From IMG/VR virus record IMGVR_UViG_3300032893_002193, positions 16,058-80,057 of that record: 64,000 nt of DNA, one strand, 5' to 3'. Positions 42,401 through 52,345 of this stretch are shown piece after piece. A program made the position numbers and the translations under genes. Below the pieces are notes generated by a model. That model was not told where the DNA came from and made no database searches. It saw only the letters and a program-made list of their open reading frames with translations. The DNA is from a virus. Position 1 is the first letter of the stretch, and every line of letters starts with the position of its first letter.

Positions 42401-45400
42401 TCGTTGATGGCCCTACCGTTTCTTCTATTAAAAATATAGTTTCAACAATCACTCATACTCCAACAGAAATTATAGAATCAGCCTTTAATAATTGGTCTCT
42501 TGGAAATAGTATATTGGTTCCTGAACAATTTTCTACTACCGGCTCATTTGCATTAGTTCCGGCAAAATTTGGATCTGGAGTAAAAATAGATCAACCAGAT
42601 CAAACCATAAAACTTCCAGTTGCAGGAAATTTAAGAATAGAGGAAGGAACGATTGAATCGTGGGTATTTCCTGAATGGAATGGATTAGATAATTTGTCCC
42701 AACTTACCTTACAAATTAATAAAAACGGTTCTCCATTACCAGAAAATATGATTTTTCTTGGTCCCAGTGAATATCATCCAGAATACACATATAATTTCGG
42801 AACCTATTCTATTACTATTGATAAAAATAGCAATGTACAGGGTAAACCAAATAAAAATAAAAATGGTGTATTTATTTATTATGATAAGGACCAGAGCGGA
42901 CTATTTTCTCGTTGGTATTTAGAGGTTATTGATGGCTATGATGATGGATATTCGTTAAAAAACTACAATATATCTATTAAAACAAACGGTAATTTCTACG
43001 ATTCAAAGTTTTTATATACATTTAAGCCAGCAACAGGATCAATATTTACCGGAACCAATTCTCTTACCTATAACATTACAAATGATGCTAATGTTGGTCA
43101 AGGAATAACTTTTATAGCCGATAATAGACATTATTTGTTTGATTATGGAGAGGCGGCAGATAAAAACAGAATATCTATTTATAAAGATGAGAGCGGGTAT
43201 TTAAATTTCAAAGTTTATGATAAAAACTCAAACTCATCCTCTATATCGGCCGATGTTTCTTCATGGGTTTCAGGAAATCCTCACTATATCTCTGCTTCAT
43301 GGAAAATTAACAATAGCACCAACAGAGATGAGCTGCATTTGTTTATTGATGGTTTAGAAGTTCCGAATATTATTAGATATGGAAATACTGTATATCCGTA
43401 TCTGCATGAAAAATTTAGGACGGTCAATCCAGAAGAAATTGTGGGTGTAATCGGATCTAATATAGTTGCCTCTAATGATCTTGTTGTAATTGCAGGATCT
43501 AATGTAGTATCATCATCATTAAATTTTTCGGCATACGGTATTGTGAACGGAAACACCATTTACATTGAAGAGTCTGGGTTTAGTCCATCTGGATATACAA
43601 TAACAAATGTTAATGGAAATAATTTAACACTGTCTACAACGATGCCGTCCTCAGCAACTGGCGCATCCTTCTCTGTGAATAAGACAACCTTTAATGTTAG
43701 CACAGAAGTAAGTATTTATGATAATATAGCCATATCATTACTTCATTCTGCCCTCACATCTAATGACATGCAGACATTTGCTGGTTCCTATACAGTAAAT
43801 ACTACTACTACAAATTTTACCACTCATAATATTCTTCCCGGTTATTATTTGAGAATTATCGGAGGTTCATTTACCTCTGTTTATACTATTTTAAGTGTTT
43901 CATCAAATATGTTGGTGTTAAATAACCCTATGCCAACTACAGCATCTAATTTAACATTTTTTGTCTACTCAAATCAGGATCAAGAAATACCCGGACAGCG
44001 CGCTCTTTATCCAGCATATACAATAAATTCAGTTAATAATATTTCTATTAGAGATAAGGCTCTTGCTAACGATATTGTTTTAATAAAAACTCTTGGTATC
44101 AATCATAGAAGAACAAGACAGCGATATTATTTATGGGGCAATTCATCTAATATTATAAAAACACAATTGCCACCACCATCATCATTAAGTCAAGTAAATA
44201 TATATAAGGTTTTATTAACAAAGACCGCGATAGGTCCGTTAAATTCAACATTAATGGCCGGAATTTTTCAATCCAACAATATATCTACCGATCAAACAAC
44301 CAATAATATTAGCGGAAGAAGTCTCTCTGTATCTATTAATGGAACTAATATAGATTTTTCTTATCCTGTAGCAGTTTCTATTAATGGAACAATCGTTAAC
44401 CAAATTACCGGAGCGCAGTCTACCGGAACAGAAACATTGTCATTTACTGGTGTCGGAAGTCTTGGAACACTAAATACCACCAATATGTTTGCATCTGTTA
44501 ACTACATTCAGGTAAATTGCAAACCAATTAATTCAACACAAAATTGTCTTTATGTTGAAGTTAAAGAAAGATACTCCTTAACCCAATTAGAAAATAACGC
44601 AGGCTATGTATCTAATATTGGTCCAATCGTTTATCCGTTAATTAGATTTAGTTATCAGGTATCATATGGAAATACATTAGATGGATATGGTAATGGATTT
44701 ACCGTTCACGATGCTAATAATTTATTCTCTAACACATTAATTGGAAATTACTTACATATTATGAGTCCGCCACAGGTTGCTGGATATTATAATATTTCCG
44801 GAGTCTCTTCTGATTTCAAGACTTTAACTCTAACACAATTATCAGGATCGCATAGTTTACCGCTACCGTCCTTCTCTAATGGAACATATGAGGTATTAAA
44901 TATCTCTACTTCTAATAGCGGTTTACAAAATGGTTTCTTCACATTTGAAAGCAATCAATATGCCGGGATACCATATTTATTAACTCAAGGGGCATATGAT
45001 TTTGATTATTACACCTACTTATCTATACCGTTTGAAATAAATAGTCCTTATTTTTATATTGGATCTAATCTCTTTGGAAATAACCAATTTGATGGGGTCA
45101 TAGATGAATTTAAAATAACAGATTCTATGCTCACAGATACAAGAACGGGAGAAATAGTTAGCTCTTCTCAAGAAACAATTACTAAAAACTATAATTCATT
45201 AAAGCCACTAAATATAAGTAAAAATACTTTGGTTATGGCCAGATTTGATGTATATCCATTTGTTAATGATGCAGATTTCTACATAACATCTAATACCAAT
45301 TACATTCAATCTGGATATAGCGTTAATAGTAATTTTAATAAAAGCATATCCATTAAAAATAATTTCATTAGAGTGGAAAATGATGGAATTTTAAATACAA

Positions 45401-46401
45401 AAACAGAAGGAACTATAGAGTTTTGGATCAATCCCATCTATGATACTTTTAATGACCCGAATTATAGGTTTTATTTTGATGCTACTTCAATAGTTAGTGA
45501 GAATATTGTAAGCACTAATAATGTTACCGCCGTTGTTTCTGGAAAAATTGGTAAGGTAGTTAGTGTTAAGATGCAATTTGGAGACAGCTCTATTGATTAT
45601 TTTGTCGGTGGAACAGTAGATAGTGATGGACAAACAATAAGGTTAAATAGAGATCTTCCTGCACAAAATACTCCGGTTATAGTTCAATATATACCATCTG
45701 GAACAAATGGAAATAGAATATCTATCTATAAAGATCCCTATGGTTATGTTAATTTTACTATAAACGCAGATAGTATAGAATATCAGGTTAGAGCCCCAAT
45801 TTTCTGGAGTGGCGGTAGCTGGCATAGAATAAAGGCCAGCTATAAGATGAATAAGGGAGTTGGAAGTGATGAATTGCGCCTATTCGTTGACGGCTACGAA
45901 AGAGGAAATATATTGTGGGGTAACGGATTAATATTTGGTCAGGGTCTAGTTTTCGGATCTTCCTATGTAGGATCTAATCAGGTTAATGCTAATCTGAAAT
46001 TTGCCGATACTATTAATGAGTTTTATATAGGCTCTGATTTCACTGGCAATAACTGCGCATATTCCTTATTTGATAATTTGAGAATTAGCAATATATCAAG
46101 GTCTATATATAAGCCTTTCGGTGAGTCTATAGATCCTAATTACAGCTCTAATTTAAATATTGTTTTGCCGGTTACCCAAGATCTATACACTACACTTTTG
46201 CTTGATTTTGAAACCGCCATACAGAAAAATACTGATTTTTCGGTTATTAGAAACGGTCAGGTCGGCCTGTTTGATTTCCAGGTTAATGTTTATGACTCTT
46301 TTGACCTAATAGGATCTAATCAAGCACTAAAAAATGTTCTAGAAACACTGGTTAATAGTCTTAAGCCAGCTAACTCTCGCGTTTTCTTTGTATATAAATG
46401 A
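39460..46401 (+). CDS. Giant baseplate wedge protein (gp7/gpI-like) carrying two LamG/ConA-like domains
   Basis: ERYRDAI...GPTVSSIK and terminal LKPANSRVFF wedge motifs; two GTIExW...NRISIYKD...LFxDG...FYIGS...DE/NxxI LamG-type units. Confidence 0.65.
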   Translation: MSNLRIISVNVIDSTHISVKFTANLIQNLSTLNVSIASQVTGIPDSSAVEVSVSGDTLEITCLPLTPVTAYFLTLQSTSSNPFTSINGDAILLEDGVANQKLIFGPVEAENDVKTNLVNYLRDTIYNTDNGTIISSYLDAVALLFSKALYDIKQVKNENYISTLITDEQKTRSSGPFDRLNEEGAYEILRVSKYKTGTQNPFSFTYSDFPSNPVSLQQLETEDSLTANSIDGDLLFNINTFVLNLSRRFVIKVNSITFNYSNGMNPYVYNISEYGYQILDSTYDQDNAFTYLLLNDNQIKLNEKILQDSNFSTQNISSIIVDYYYKDTGRIVSSASVNVYAIMPSGREVLPALENIFNLQHAPLTDLNGNSVSLNGISFINPNSIPELNSPHPAFLYEVPFRLDYLPSRPGEYSVDYSTGTVYVFGADNTQDGTGPTPPLAVYYYKYSFVSNVDYIYDEDLCELVALPNGSLTGNPGIINFTAEPGLALDIDYRANIHQESLNERIKNNLTSLGSLLTSNSPITNVFRIYNETSGEIYTPTRWNNNKVYFSYNKPPRLIAATRERATFEVVSNEILFVNNTISTSNPSINIFKILLTNNNIISQSEDCIGSSLNTSVSFSNNSIFSQEVYYDNTQSETANLTRLGQVGYYQINYTNGIVYVAVQSTQGLNIGSVSYKKDSISPNNPHVTSVEDIYYQFSSISQKEKHFDYISFSDGSIIPRTFDVSNERFLNNNAAYQYILSYGTVGTFLDSIFVAGVSQNIKFIRGVYEITDVLNNISPINFSASSTFNGTTLNVNPLIYNEYHTIQYDGVHYYITLNTPLYFLSPNISLNISVIRSSDSASLWNNSGTISLGNPLKLILPGINSPHAGDFVDVTYTFTINNFSSVIIDYNKGDYYIDYTYLADEILVSYEYGDNVLDFRQSQALDIGDTYYVSYRVGALRDALLKNFGTLINIPLLTNFSIDFERERYRDAIQAAMHSFVDGPTVSSIKNIVSTITHTPTEIIESAFNNWSLGNSILVPEQFSTTGSFALVPAKFGSGVKIDQPDQTIKLPVAGNLRIEEGTIESWVFPEWNGLDNLSQLTLQINKNGSPLPENMIFLGPSEYHPEYTYNFGTYSITIDKNSNVQGKPNKNKNGVFIYYDKDQSGLFSRWYLEVIDGYDDGYSLKNYNISIKTNGNFYDSKFLYTFKPATGSIFTGTNSLTYNITNDANVGQGITFIADNRHYLFDYGEAADKNRISIYKDESGYLNFKVYDKNSNSSSISADVSSWVSGNPHYISASWKINNSTNRDELHLFIDGLEVPNIIRYGNTVYPYLHEKFRTVNPEEIVGVIGSNIVASNDLVVIAGSNVVSSSLNFSAYGIVNGNTIYIEESGFSPSGYTITNVNGNNLTLSTTMPSSATGASFSVNKTTFNVSTEVSIYDNIAISLLHSALTSNDMQTFAGSYTVNTTTTNFTTHNILPGYYLRIIGGSFTSVYTILSVSSNMLVLNNPMPTTASNLTFFVYSNQDQEIPGQRALYPAYTINSVNNISIRDKALANDIVLIKTLGINHRRTRQRYYLWGNSSNIIKTQLPPPSSLSQVNIYKVLLTKTAIGPLNSTLMAGIFQSNNISTDQTTNNISGRSLSVSINGTNIDFSYPVAVSINGTIVNQITGAQSTGTETLSFTGVGSLGTLNTTNMFASVNYIQVNCKPINSTQNCLYVEVKERYSLTQLENNAGYVSNIGPIVYPLIRFSYQVSYGNTLDGYGNGFTVHDANNLFSNTLIGNYLHIMSPPQVAGYYNISGVSSDFKTLTLTQLSGSHSLPLPSFSNGTYEVLNISTSNSGLQNGFFTFESNQYAGIPYLLTQGAYDFDYYTYLSIPFEINSPYFYIGSNLFGNNQFDGVIDEFKITDSMLTDTRTGEIVSSSQETITKNYNSLKPLNISKNTLVMARFDVYPFVNDADFYITSNTNYIQSGYSVNSNFNKSISIKNNFIRVENDGILNTKTEGTIEFWINPIYDTFNDPNYRFYFDATSIVSENIVSTNNVTAVVSGKIGKVVSVKMQFGDSSIDYFVGGTVDSDGQTIRLNRDLPAQNTPVIVQYIPSGTNGNRISIYKDPYGYVNFTINADSIEYQVRAPIFWSGGSWHRIKASYKMNKGVGSDELRLFVDGYERGNILWGNGLIFGQGLVFGSSYVGSNQVNANLKFADTINEFYIGSDFTGNNCAYSLFDNLRISNISRSIYKPFGESIDPNYSSNLNIVLPVTQDLYTTLLLDFETAIQKNTDFSVIRNGQVGLFDFQVNVYDSFDLIGSNQALKNVLETLVNSLKPANSRVFFVYK

Positions 46402-46437
46402 TCTCATTTTTTTGATATATATAATAAGAAGGTATAA

Positions 46438-49400
46438 ATGACAAGGTTGCCAGTTTCCTCACAACAAAATAGATGGTTTAATACAGAGAATGTTGATGAT
46501 ACGGCATTAACTCTAGAGCAAAATTATAATAACCAAAAGTTTTCATCTATAATAAACAATCATTTTGGTTCGGGCGTTTTACTTGAATCCTTGGTGCCGA
46601 ATACTATCTTTGATTCATCTTTAGTATCTGGATTGCTTGATGGTAAGGGAGTAAGTGTTCAGTTTCAACCATCAGATCAAAATCTTGGAAATCAATTATC
46701 TGTCTCACTCACTAATTCATTAGCAAAAGGAAAGAGAACTGTTAAAATACTTATTGTTGGATTGGATTTTCAAAACTCGCTACAATATGACACATTAATA
46801 TTCTCTACAAATGAAGTTCAAATTACATCAAAGCATTATACCAAGGTTTTACAGTTATTTTTTAATGATTTTATAGGGGATCCGAAACAATCCTTTAATC
46901 TTGGTGGCAGAATTGTAATAACAGAAGCTCAAGCCATGACAATTTCTCGTGATTGCAAAATGGTAGCTCAGGATGTAGAACCTAATATTTTTATGAGAGA
47001 TTTTTATGTTACCGGCTCTAATACCCTATCGAATGTTCTTACAAATGCTCTGCCAAGCTATAATATCGATACATTAGATATAACTACTGGCTATAAACAG
47101 TTAAGAAGCATTATAGAAAACGATGTAACTTCACAAATAGGTCAGAAGTTTTTAGCTACCACAAATAATATTCAAAAAATTACATTATTAATGTCTGTAA
47201 CGAACGGTATAAATCCAAACGATCTTGCTTGGACCGGAGATTTAATTATTAGCATATATCCGCTTCAATCTTCTATAACTTGCCTTACTGATATAACTCC
47301 ATCGTTAGCAATAAACTTTCCACCATCAAATACTCCGGTAGCACAATTAAGCACTAACTATGCTACTCTTCTTGCTAGCGGCGTTCAATTAAATACGGTT
47401 CCACAGCCAGTTGACTTTATTTTCAGCAATACTCCGGTTGGCTCAGGATTATCTATTGTATCTGGCAATTACTATATTGTGACCGTAAAGAGGGCAGGAT
47501 CGGCTAATAAGTGCCAGATACAGCTTGCTAGCGGTAGTGATAGAGTAGCCAACTCTAATTTGGCGCTATATGATGGTAATTCATGGATTGATGTGCCCGA
47601 GGAAGATCTTTGGTTTCAGGTATGGACCGATGCTGCCAAGGTTTCTGATGGTCAGGCATATGATCAGGGAAATGGCATAATTATAGAAAAAACATATATA
47701 AGCCCATCTACAGGAGCAAATGCCGATTATTCATATAATCAGGTACAGCTCTCTAATAGCGACACTTATTATGCTGTAATGCAAGCCACTACGCTTCAAT
47801 CTGGACAGGTTCAAGATCAGAGAACCGGCAATCCAGTAAATTCCAAGCAACAGTTTGTGCCGACATTATCTTTGATTAACTCTTTTGCTCTATTATCTTT
47901 ACAAAATTCATCCAGTCCACTTATTCTTGGAACAATAGCAGATAAAAATGTAAATAATTACGATCCTTCATCTGCTACACTAATAGAATATTTGAGAGAA
48001 TATTGTATAGTAAAAAATGAAATTTTAATAAAAATTATTGACGATCCGACAGATGTAAGATATGATACGAATATCTTAAGCTTGGTTACGGAATTCTTAA
48101 ATGGCAATTTGAATGGTGCAAAATTTATACCTAATGCAGCAAATCAAAATACATTTTATAGAATATCAAAGGCCGAACTTGTTTCAATGATCTATGGCGA
48201 CATCAATGGAGATGGTGTTGTCGATGAGAATGATTTATTGGCGGCACAGCAATTCATCGGGGCAAATTTAGTTAATATACCAAGCAAATCTAATTATATC
48301 ACCCTAACTAATTATTTTGCTAACGATAACTTACTGACATATCAAATAATTAATCCGATTACCAGCACTGTTCTTGCAAGTGGAACCGATGGCGTTCTTG
48401 TAGTAAATCCACAAGATAATACACAGGCCATTTTTACAAGCTCTTCTGCATCGTTTACATCGATTGCTAATATCGGATCAATGAATATAGTTATTAGCAA
48501 CTCATTAAGTAATCCACAAAATGATGGTACTTTCATTATAAATGGATTGGTTGATGCTCATAACATATCAATTAAAAAGCTATATTATAGTCCTGATTCT
48601 TTAATGCAGATATATCGTGCTGATATTACGGGAGATATGATTATAGATAGTACCGATATAAATTATATTAGCAACTATGTATATAAAGCCAATCCATTTC
48701 CCGCGGTATCTGGACCTGGAACAAAAGTTGGTAAAAACTTCAATGTATTAAGAATATCATTAGAGCAATTTGTAGATAGAAAAGATAATTATACAACCAA
48801 CTATCTTACTCGTGGTTCTAATATACATGTTTTGCCAGATGTATTGGTTGATGGATATAATGCCGGATACAGTGTATATGGACAAAACTTATTATCCAAT
48901 CCATTACAATTTAACATTGTAAAACAGTTGCATTGGTATGAATCTGAAGTTGCTGTTTCGGCAAATCAAAAATTTGTTCCAGCGTCCTTTAATTATCAAA
49001 CAGGATATAATTTAAATAACTGCTCGCTTAATGGAATTACAAAAGAAGAATATCCTCCATCGTTGTCATTTGACCCAGGAAGAAATGACATATTTATCCC
49101 AAATAACCTTGTTGTTAATTATGGTGGAGAGCTAATTAGACCGGACGGATATTATCACAAGATTGATATGGAAGTCGGAAATGTTGTTCTTGAGCTTCCA
49201 CAATTATCAATAGTTGCCGAAAAGACCGTTAATATTTTTACAGATTTTATCGCCGATTATAGTGGAACCGGATATACAAGATTAGGTTATCCTGCTATGA
49301 AATTTGCTGACTGTTCTACTGTTGGCATGAATGCTTTGTTAAATAATCAGGTAATATTTAGCGTCTCTATGCAATCATCTTCGCCACAATTAGATGGTTA

Positions 49401-49674
49401 TGCCTGCAGTAATATTAGCGGAGTAATAGTTGATAATAGAATGGGAATCTATGTAGAGCAGACAACCGGAATATTGCACTTTAATTTCGCGAACTTATAT
49501 GATGACATTGTATTGCAGACATTAAGTTCAAAAATACAAATAACAGCCTATCTTAAGAAAGCAGGATGGAATAATAATCCAATATTTGTCTCATCTCAAA
49601 AAATGGCAAATATTCTACAATTAACGAGTAATACTATAGTATGCGGATTTGATACATTAGTCTTGCTATCTTGA
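46438..49674 (+). CDS. Baseplate/tail fibre-attachment protein with dockerin-like Ca-binding repeats
   Basis: N-terminal WF...VDDTALTLEQNY motif; GDINGDGVVDEND and ADITGDMIIDSTD loops. Confidence 0.55.
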   Translation: MTRLPVSSQQNRWFNTENVDDTALTLEQNYNNQKFSSIINNHFGSGVLLESLVPNTIFDSSLVSGLLDGKGVSVQFQPSDQNLGNQLSVSLTNSLAKGKRTVKILIVGLDFQNSLQYDTLIFSTNEVQITSKHYTKVLQLFFNDFIGDPKQSFNLGGRIVITEAQAMTISRDCKMVAQDVEPNIFMRDFYVTGSNTLSNVLTNALPSYNIDTLDITTGYKQLRSIIENDVTSQIGQKFLATTNNIQKITLLMSVTNGINPNDLAWTGDLIISIYPLQSSITCLTDITPSLAINFPPSNTPVAQLSTNYATLLASGVQLNTVPQPVDFIFSNTPVGSGLSIVSGNYYIVTVKRAGSANKCQIQLASGSDRVANSNLALYDGNSWIDVPEEDLWFQVWTDAAKVSDGQAYDQGNGIIIEKTYISPSTGANADYSYNQVQLSNSDTYYAVMQATTLQSGQVQDQRTGNPVNSKQQFVPTLSLINSFALLSLQNSSSPLILGTIADKNVNNYDPSSATLIEYLREYCIVKNEILIKIIDDPTDVRYDTNILSLVTEFLNGNLNGAKFIPNAANQNTFYRISKAELVSMIYGDINGDGVVDENDLLAAQQFIGANLVNIPSKSNYITLTNYFANDNLLTYQIINPITSTVLASGTDGVLVVNPQDNTQAIFTSSSASFTSIANIGSMNIVISNSLSNPQNDGTFIINGLVDAHNISIKKLYYSPDSLMQIYRADITGDMIIDSTDINYISNYVYKANPFPAVSGPGTKVGKNFNVLRISLEQFVDRKDNYTTNYLTRGSNIHVLPDVLVDGYNAGYSVYGQNLLSNPLQFNIVKQLHWYESEVAVSANQKFVPASFNYQTGYNLNNCSLNGITKEEYPPSLSFDPGRNDIFIPNNLVVNYGGELIRPDGYYHKIDMEVGNVVLELPQLSIVAEKTVNIFTDFIADYSGTGYTRLGYPAMKFADCSTVGMNALLNNQVIFSVSMQSSSPQLDGYACSNISGVIVDNRMGIYVEQTTGILHFNFANLYDDIVLQTLSSKIQITAYLKKAGWNNNPIFVSSQKMANILQLTSNTIVCGFDTLVLLS

Positions 49675-49683
49675 GGTTAATAT

Positions 49684-52302
49684 ATGGCAAGAAATGCTGC
49701 AAATCCAGGCGATTTAGTAAAGTTCACAGCCAAGGTATATTCCAGTCAAACCGGAATAATACCTTCAGGATTAATTGTCTTTAAAAATAACAATATTACC
49801 ATAGGCGTTGAGTCGCTGGATAATCAAGGAACGGCATCAATTCAGTTAATTTTACCACCAGGAGATAATCTGGTTACCGCAACCTATCTTGGTAGCGATA
49901 TATTTAATCCGGCAACATCATCTTCTGTCATTCAGGTTGTCTTATCTCCGACCATTCTTAATAATATTTTGGTTAGTCTTACAAGCTCGTCTAATATAGT
50001 ATCATATGGAAATAAAGTTTCAATTAAGGCAACTCTAACTACCACCGGATCAATGACAATTCCGAGTGGCAACATTCAATTTTATTCTGATGGAAATTTA
50101 TTATATACTCTACCAGTTCTATCAAATACAGTTTCTACTCCGCCTACTTTGCTTCAGGGCGGAAGTCATTTGTTAAAAGCAATATATCTTGGTGATAATA
50201 TTTATGGAAACTCTGTATCTAGCCCGATATCCCAATTGGTCACCCCGTTAAATACAACCACAACGCTTGCCTCTTCTGAAAATCCGGCATATACCTGGGA
50301 CAATATAAACATAACTGCTACAGTATCTGCCTCCTATGGCTTTCCTAACGGTAATGTTAATTTTTATGATAATGGTGCATTGGTAGCAGTTGTCGCTCTT
50401 AATAATGGTCGGGCAGTATTTACAACCAGTTATCCTTCTATAGGTAATCATTCAATATACGCTCAATATGTAGGAAATAGTAATTATAATACATCAACAT
50501 CTGCCGCCTATAATCAAAGCGTACTTCAGTCTTCAAATGCAAATACCACAACATCTCTGACATCATCATTAAATCCATCATCATTAGGCGCTCCGGTACA
50601 ATTAACCGCTACAGTGATCGCTGGTTTTGGCATTCCAGACGGTTTGGTAAATTTTTATGATGGTTATAATTTAGTTTCAACTAATGCTCTATCGTCCGGT
50701 TCAGCACAAATAACAATATTCCCTAGTGCAGGAGTTCATGTATTAAGTGCTCAATATCTTGGAAGCTCTTTATATAATGGTAGTGTTTCCGCAAATCTTT
50801 ATCAAACAGTAAATGCTGGCAACACCTCTGTAAATCTTTCATTAGTTGGAGGAACAAATCCATCTACCTATGGAAATGAATTAATTTTTTCTGCCGTAGT
50901 TTCGAGTCCATCAGGCACATCACCAACCGGCAATATATATTTATATGATGGATATACCAGCTTAATAGACACCAAACCTGTAGTTGGAAATAGTGCTATA
51001 TTTAATGAATCGTCTTTAATTTCTGGAACCCACTATCTAACCGCAGTATATTCTGGAGATGCTAATTTATCATCTTCTACCTCAAATGTCTTATCGGAAA
51101 CTATTACTAACAGAAATACTAATACGGCTATAGTATCTTCTACCGGATGGAATCACATTCATTCAGGCAATCCCATTTTATTTACAGCAACGGTATCTTC
51201 TACCTATGGAATTCCAACTGGAAATGTCGCGTTCTTTGATGGATATAGTCAAATAGGAACAACTCAAACAATAGGTGCATTAGGGCAAGCAAGCATCACA
51301 ACATCTTCATTATCTGTAGGAAATCACACCATATATGCCGTTTATTATGGTGATAGCAACTATAATACCTCCACCTCGTTATCACATACTCAATTGATAG
51401 ATGGTTATACTGTAGGAATAAATCTAACATCTAGCATTAATCCAACTGTTACCGATCAACAAACAACATTTACTGCAACTTTAACCGGATATTCAATTGC
51501 TCCGACAGGCACAATTTCTTTTTATAATAATGGAGTTTTGATTAGCACACAAAGTGTTTCTGGAGGAGGGGCATCTGTAGCAACCGGATTTGTTGCCGGT
51601 TCATATACGATAACTGCGGTTTATTCGGGAGATACAAATTATTCTCCAGTTACTTCTGGCAATCTAACACAAACAGTTAATAAAGAAACTGTTAGTATTT
51701 CTTTAGGAGAAAGTCCAAGTCCAGGATGCGATTCTCAAAATGTTGCATATACAGTAAGCGTGGCGTCTTCATTAGTAACCGCAACTACAGTGCCAACCGG
51801 AACCGTTACTCTTACAGCAACTCCGGTTCTTGGTGGATCGGCTATAACTCTAGGAAGCGGATCCCTAAGTTCAGGCAGCATAGTAATTAATAGTAATTCA
51901 CTTACGGTTGGTTCTTATAATACATCGGTTTCTTATTCTGGAGATAGTAATTTTACATCCGGAAGCTATTCTGGATCGTTCACCGTCAACTCTCCTGCAG
52001 CCACTACTACCGTAGTTTCCGCAAGTCCAAGCTCTATAGCGTTAGGAGGAAATACAACACTCAATGCTACCGTTTCATATGCTCTTGGTGGCGCTGTAAC
52101 GACCGGTTCTGTTTCATTTTATTATGGAAGTCCAACCAATCTATTAGGAACAGTAAATCTAACGATAGGTGGCGGCGGTCTTGCATCTCTAAGTATTACC
52201 GGATGGAGTCACGGCACCGGAAGCATCTTAATTACTGCGATATATAACCCAAGTGGCTGTATCGCTACTTCAAGCGGAACCACTCATTTGGTTGTTGGAT
52301 AA
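49684..52302 (+). CDS. Ig-like (Big_3-type) repeat protein, 9 domains; probable virion adhesin/decoration
   Basis: Nine ~90-aa repeats of TTTxLxSSxNP...TATV...PxGxVxFYDG...GxHxIxAxYxGDxNY. Confidence 0.85.
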   Translation: MARNAANPGDLVKFTAKVYSSQTGIIPSGLIVFKNNNITIGVESLDNQGTASIQLILPPGDNLVTATYLGSDIFNPATSSSVIQVVLSPTILNNILVSLTSSSNIVSYGNKVSIKATLTTTGSMTIPSGNIQFYSDGNLLYTLPVLSNTVSTPPTLLQGGSHLLKAIYLGDNIYGNSVSSPISQLVTPLNTTTTLASSENPAYTWDNINITATVSASYGFPNGNVNFYDNGALVAVVALNNGRAVFTTSYPSIGNHSIYAQYVGNSNYNTSTSAAYNQSVLQSSNANTTTSLTSSLNPSSLGAPVQLTATVIAGFGIPDGLVNFYDGYNLVSTNALSSGSAQITIFPSAGVHVLSAQYLGSSLYNGSVSANLYQTVNAGNTSVNLSLVGGTNPSTYGNELIFSAVVSSPSGTSPTGNIYLYDGYTSLIDTKPVVGNSAIFNESSLISGTHYLTAVYSGDANLSSSTSNVLSETITNRNTNTAIVSSTGWNHIHSGNPILFTATVSSTYGIPTGNVAFFDGYSQIGTTQTIGALGQASITTSSLSVGNHTIYAVYYGDSNYNTSTSLSHTQLIDGYTVGINLTSSINPTVTDQQTTFTATLTGYSIAPTGTISFYNNGVLISTQSVSGGGASVATGFVAGSYTITAVYSGDTNYSPVTSGNLTQTVNKETVSISLGESPSPGCDSQNVAYTVSVASSLVTATTVPTGTVTLTATPVLGGSAITLGSGSLSSGSIVINSNSLTVGSYNTSVSYSGDSNFTSGSYSGSFTVNSPAATTTVVSASPSSIALGGNTTLNATVSYALGGAVTTGSVSFYYGSPTNLLGTVNLTIGGGGLASLSITGWSHGTGSILITAIYNPSGCIATSSGTTHLVVG

Positions 52303-52345
52303 TTATTATATTTAATTCACCGATAACTCAAGATATATATTGCAT

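Noticed and set aside
49672-49686. Readthrough fusion of ORF 46438 to the Ig protein
   Set aside because: Two in-frame stops (TGA and TAA) intervene and a GAGG RBS precedes ATG 49684
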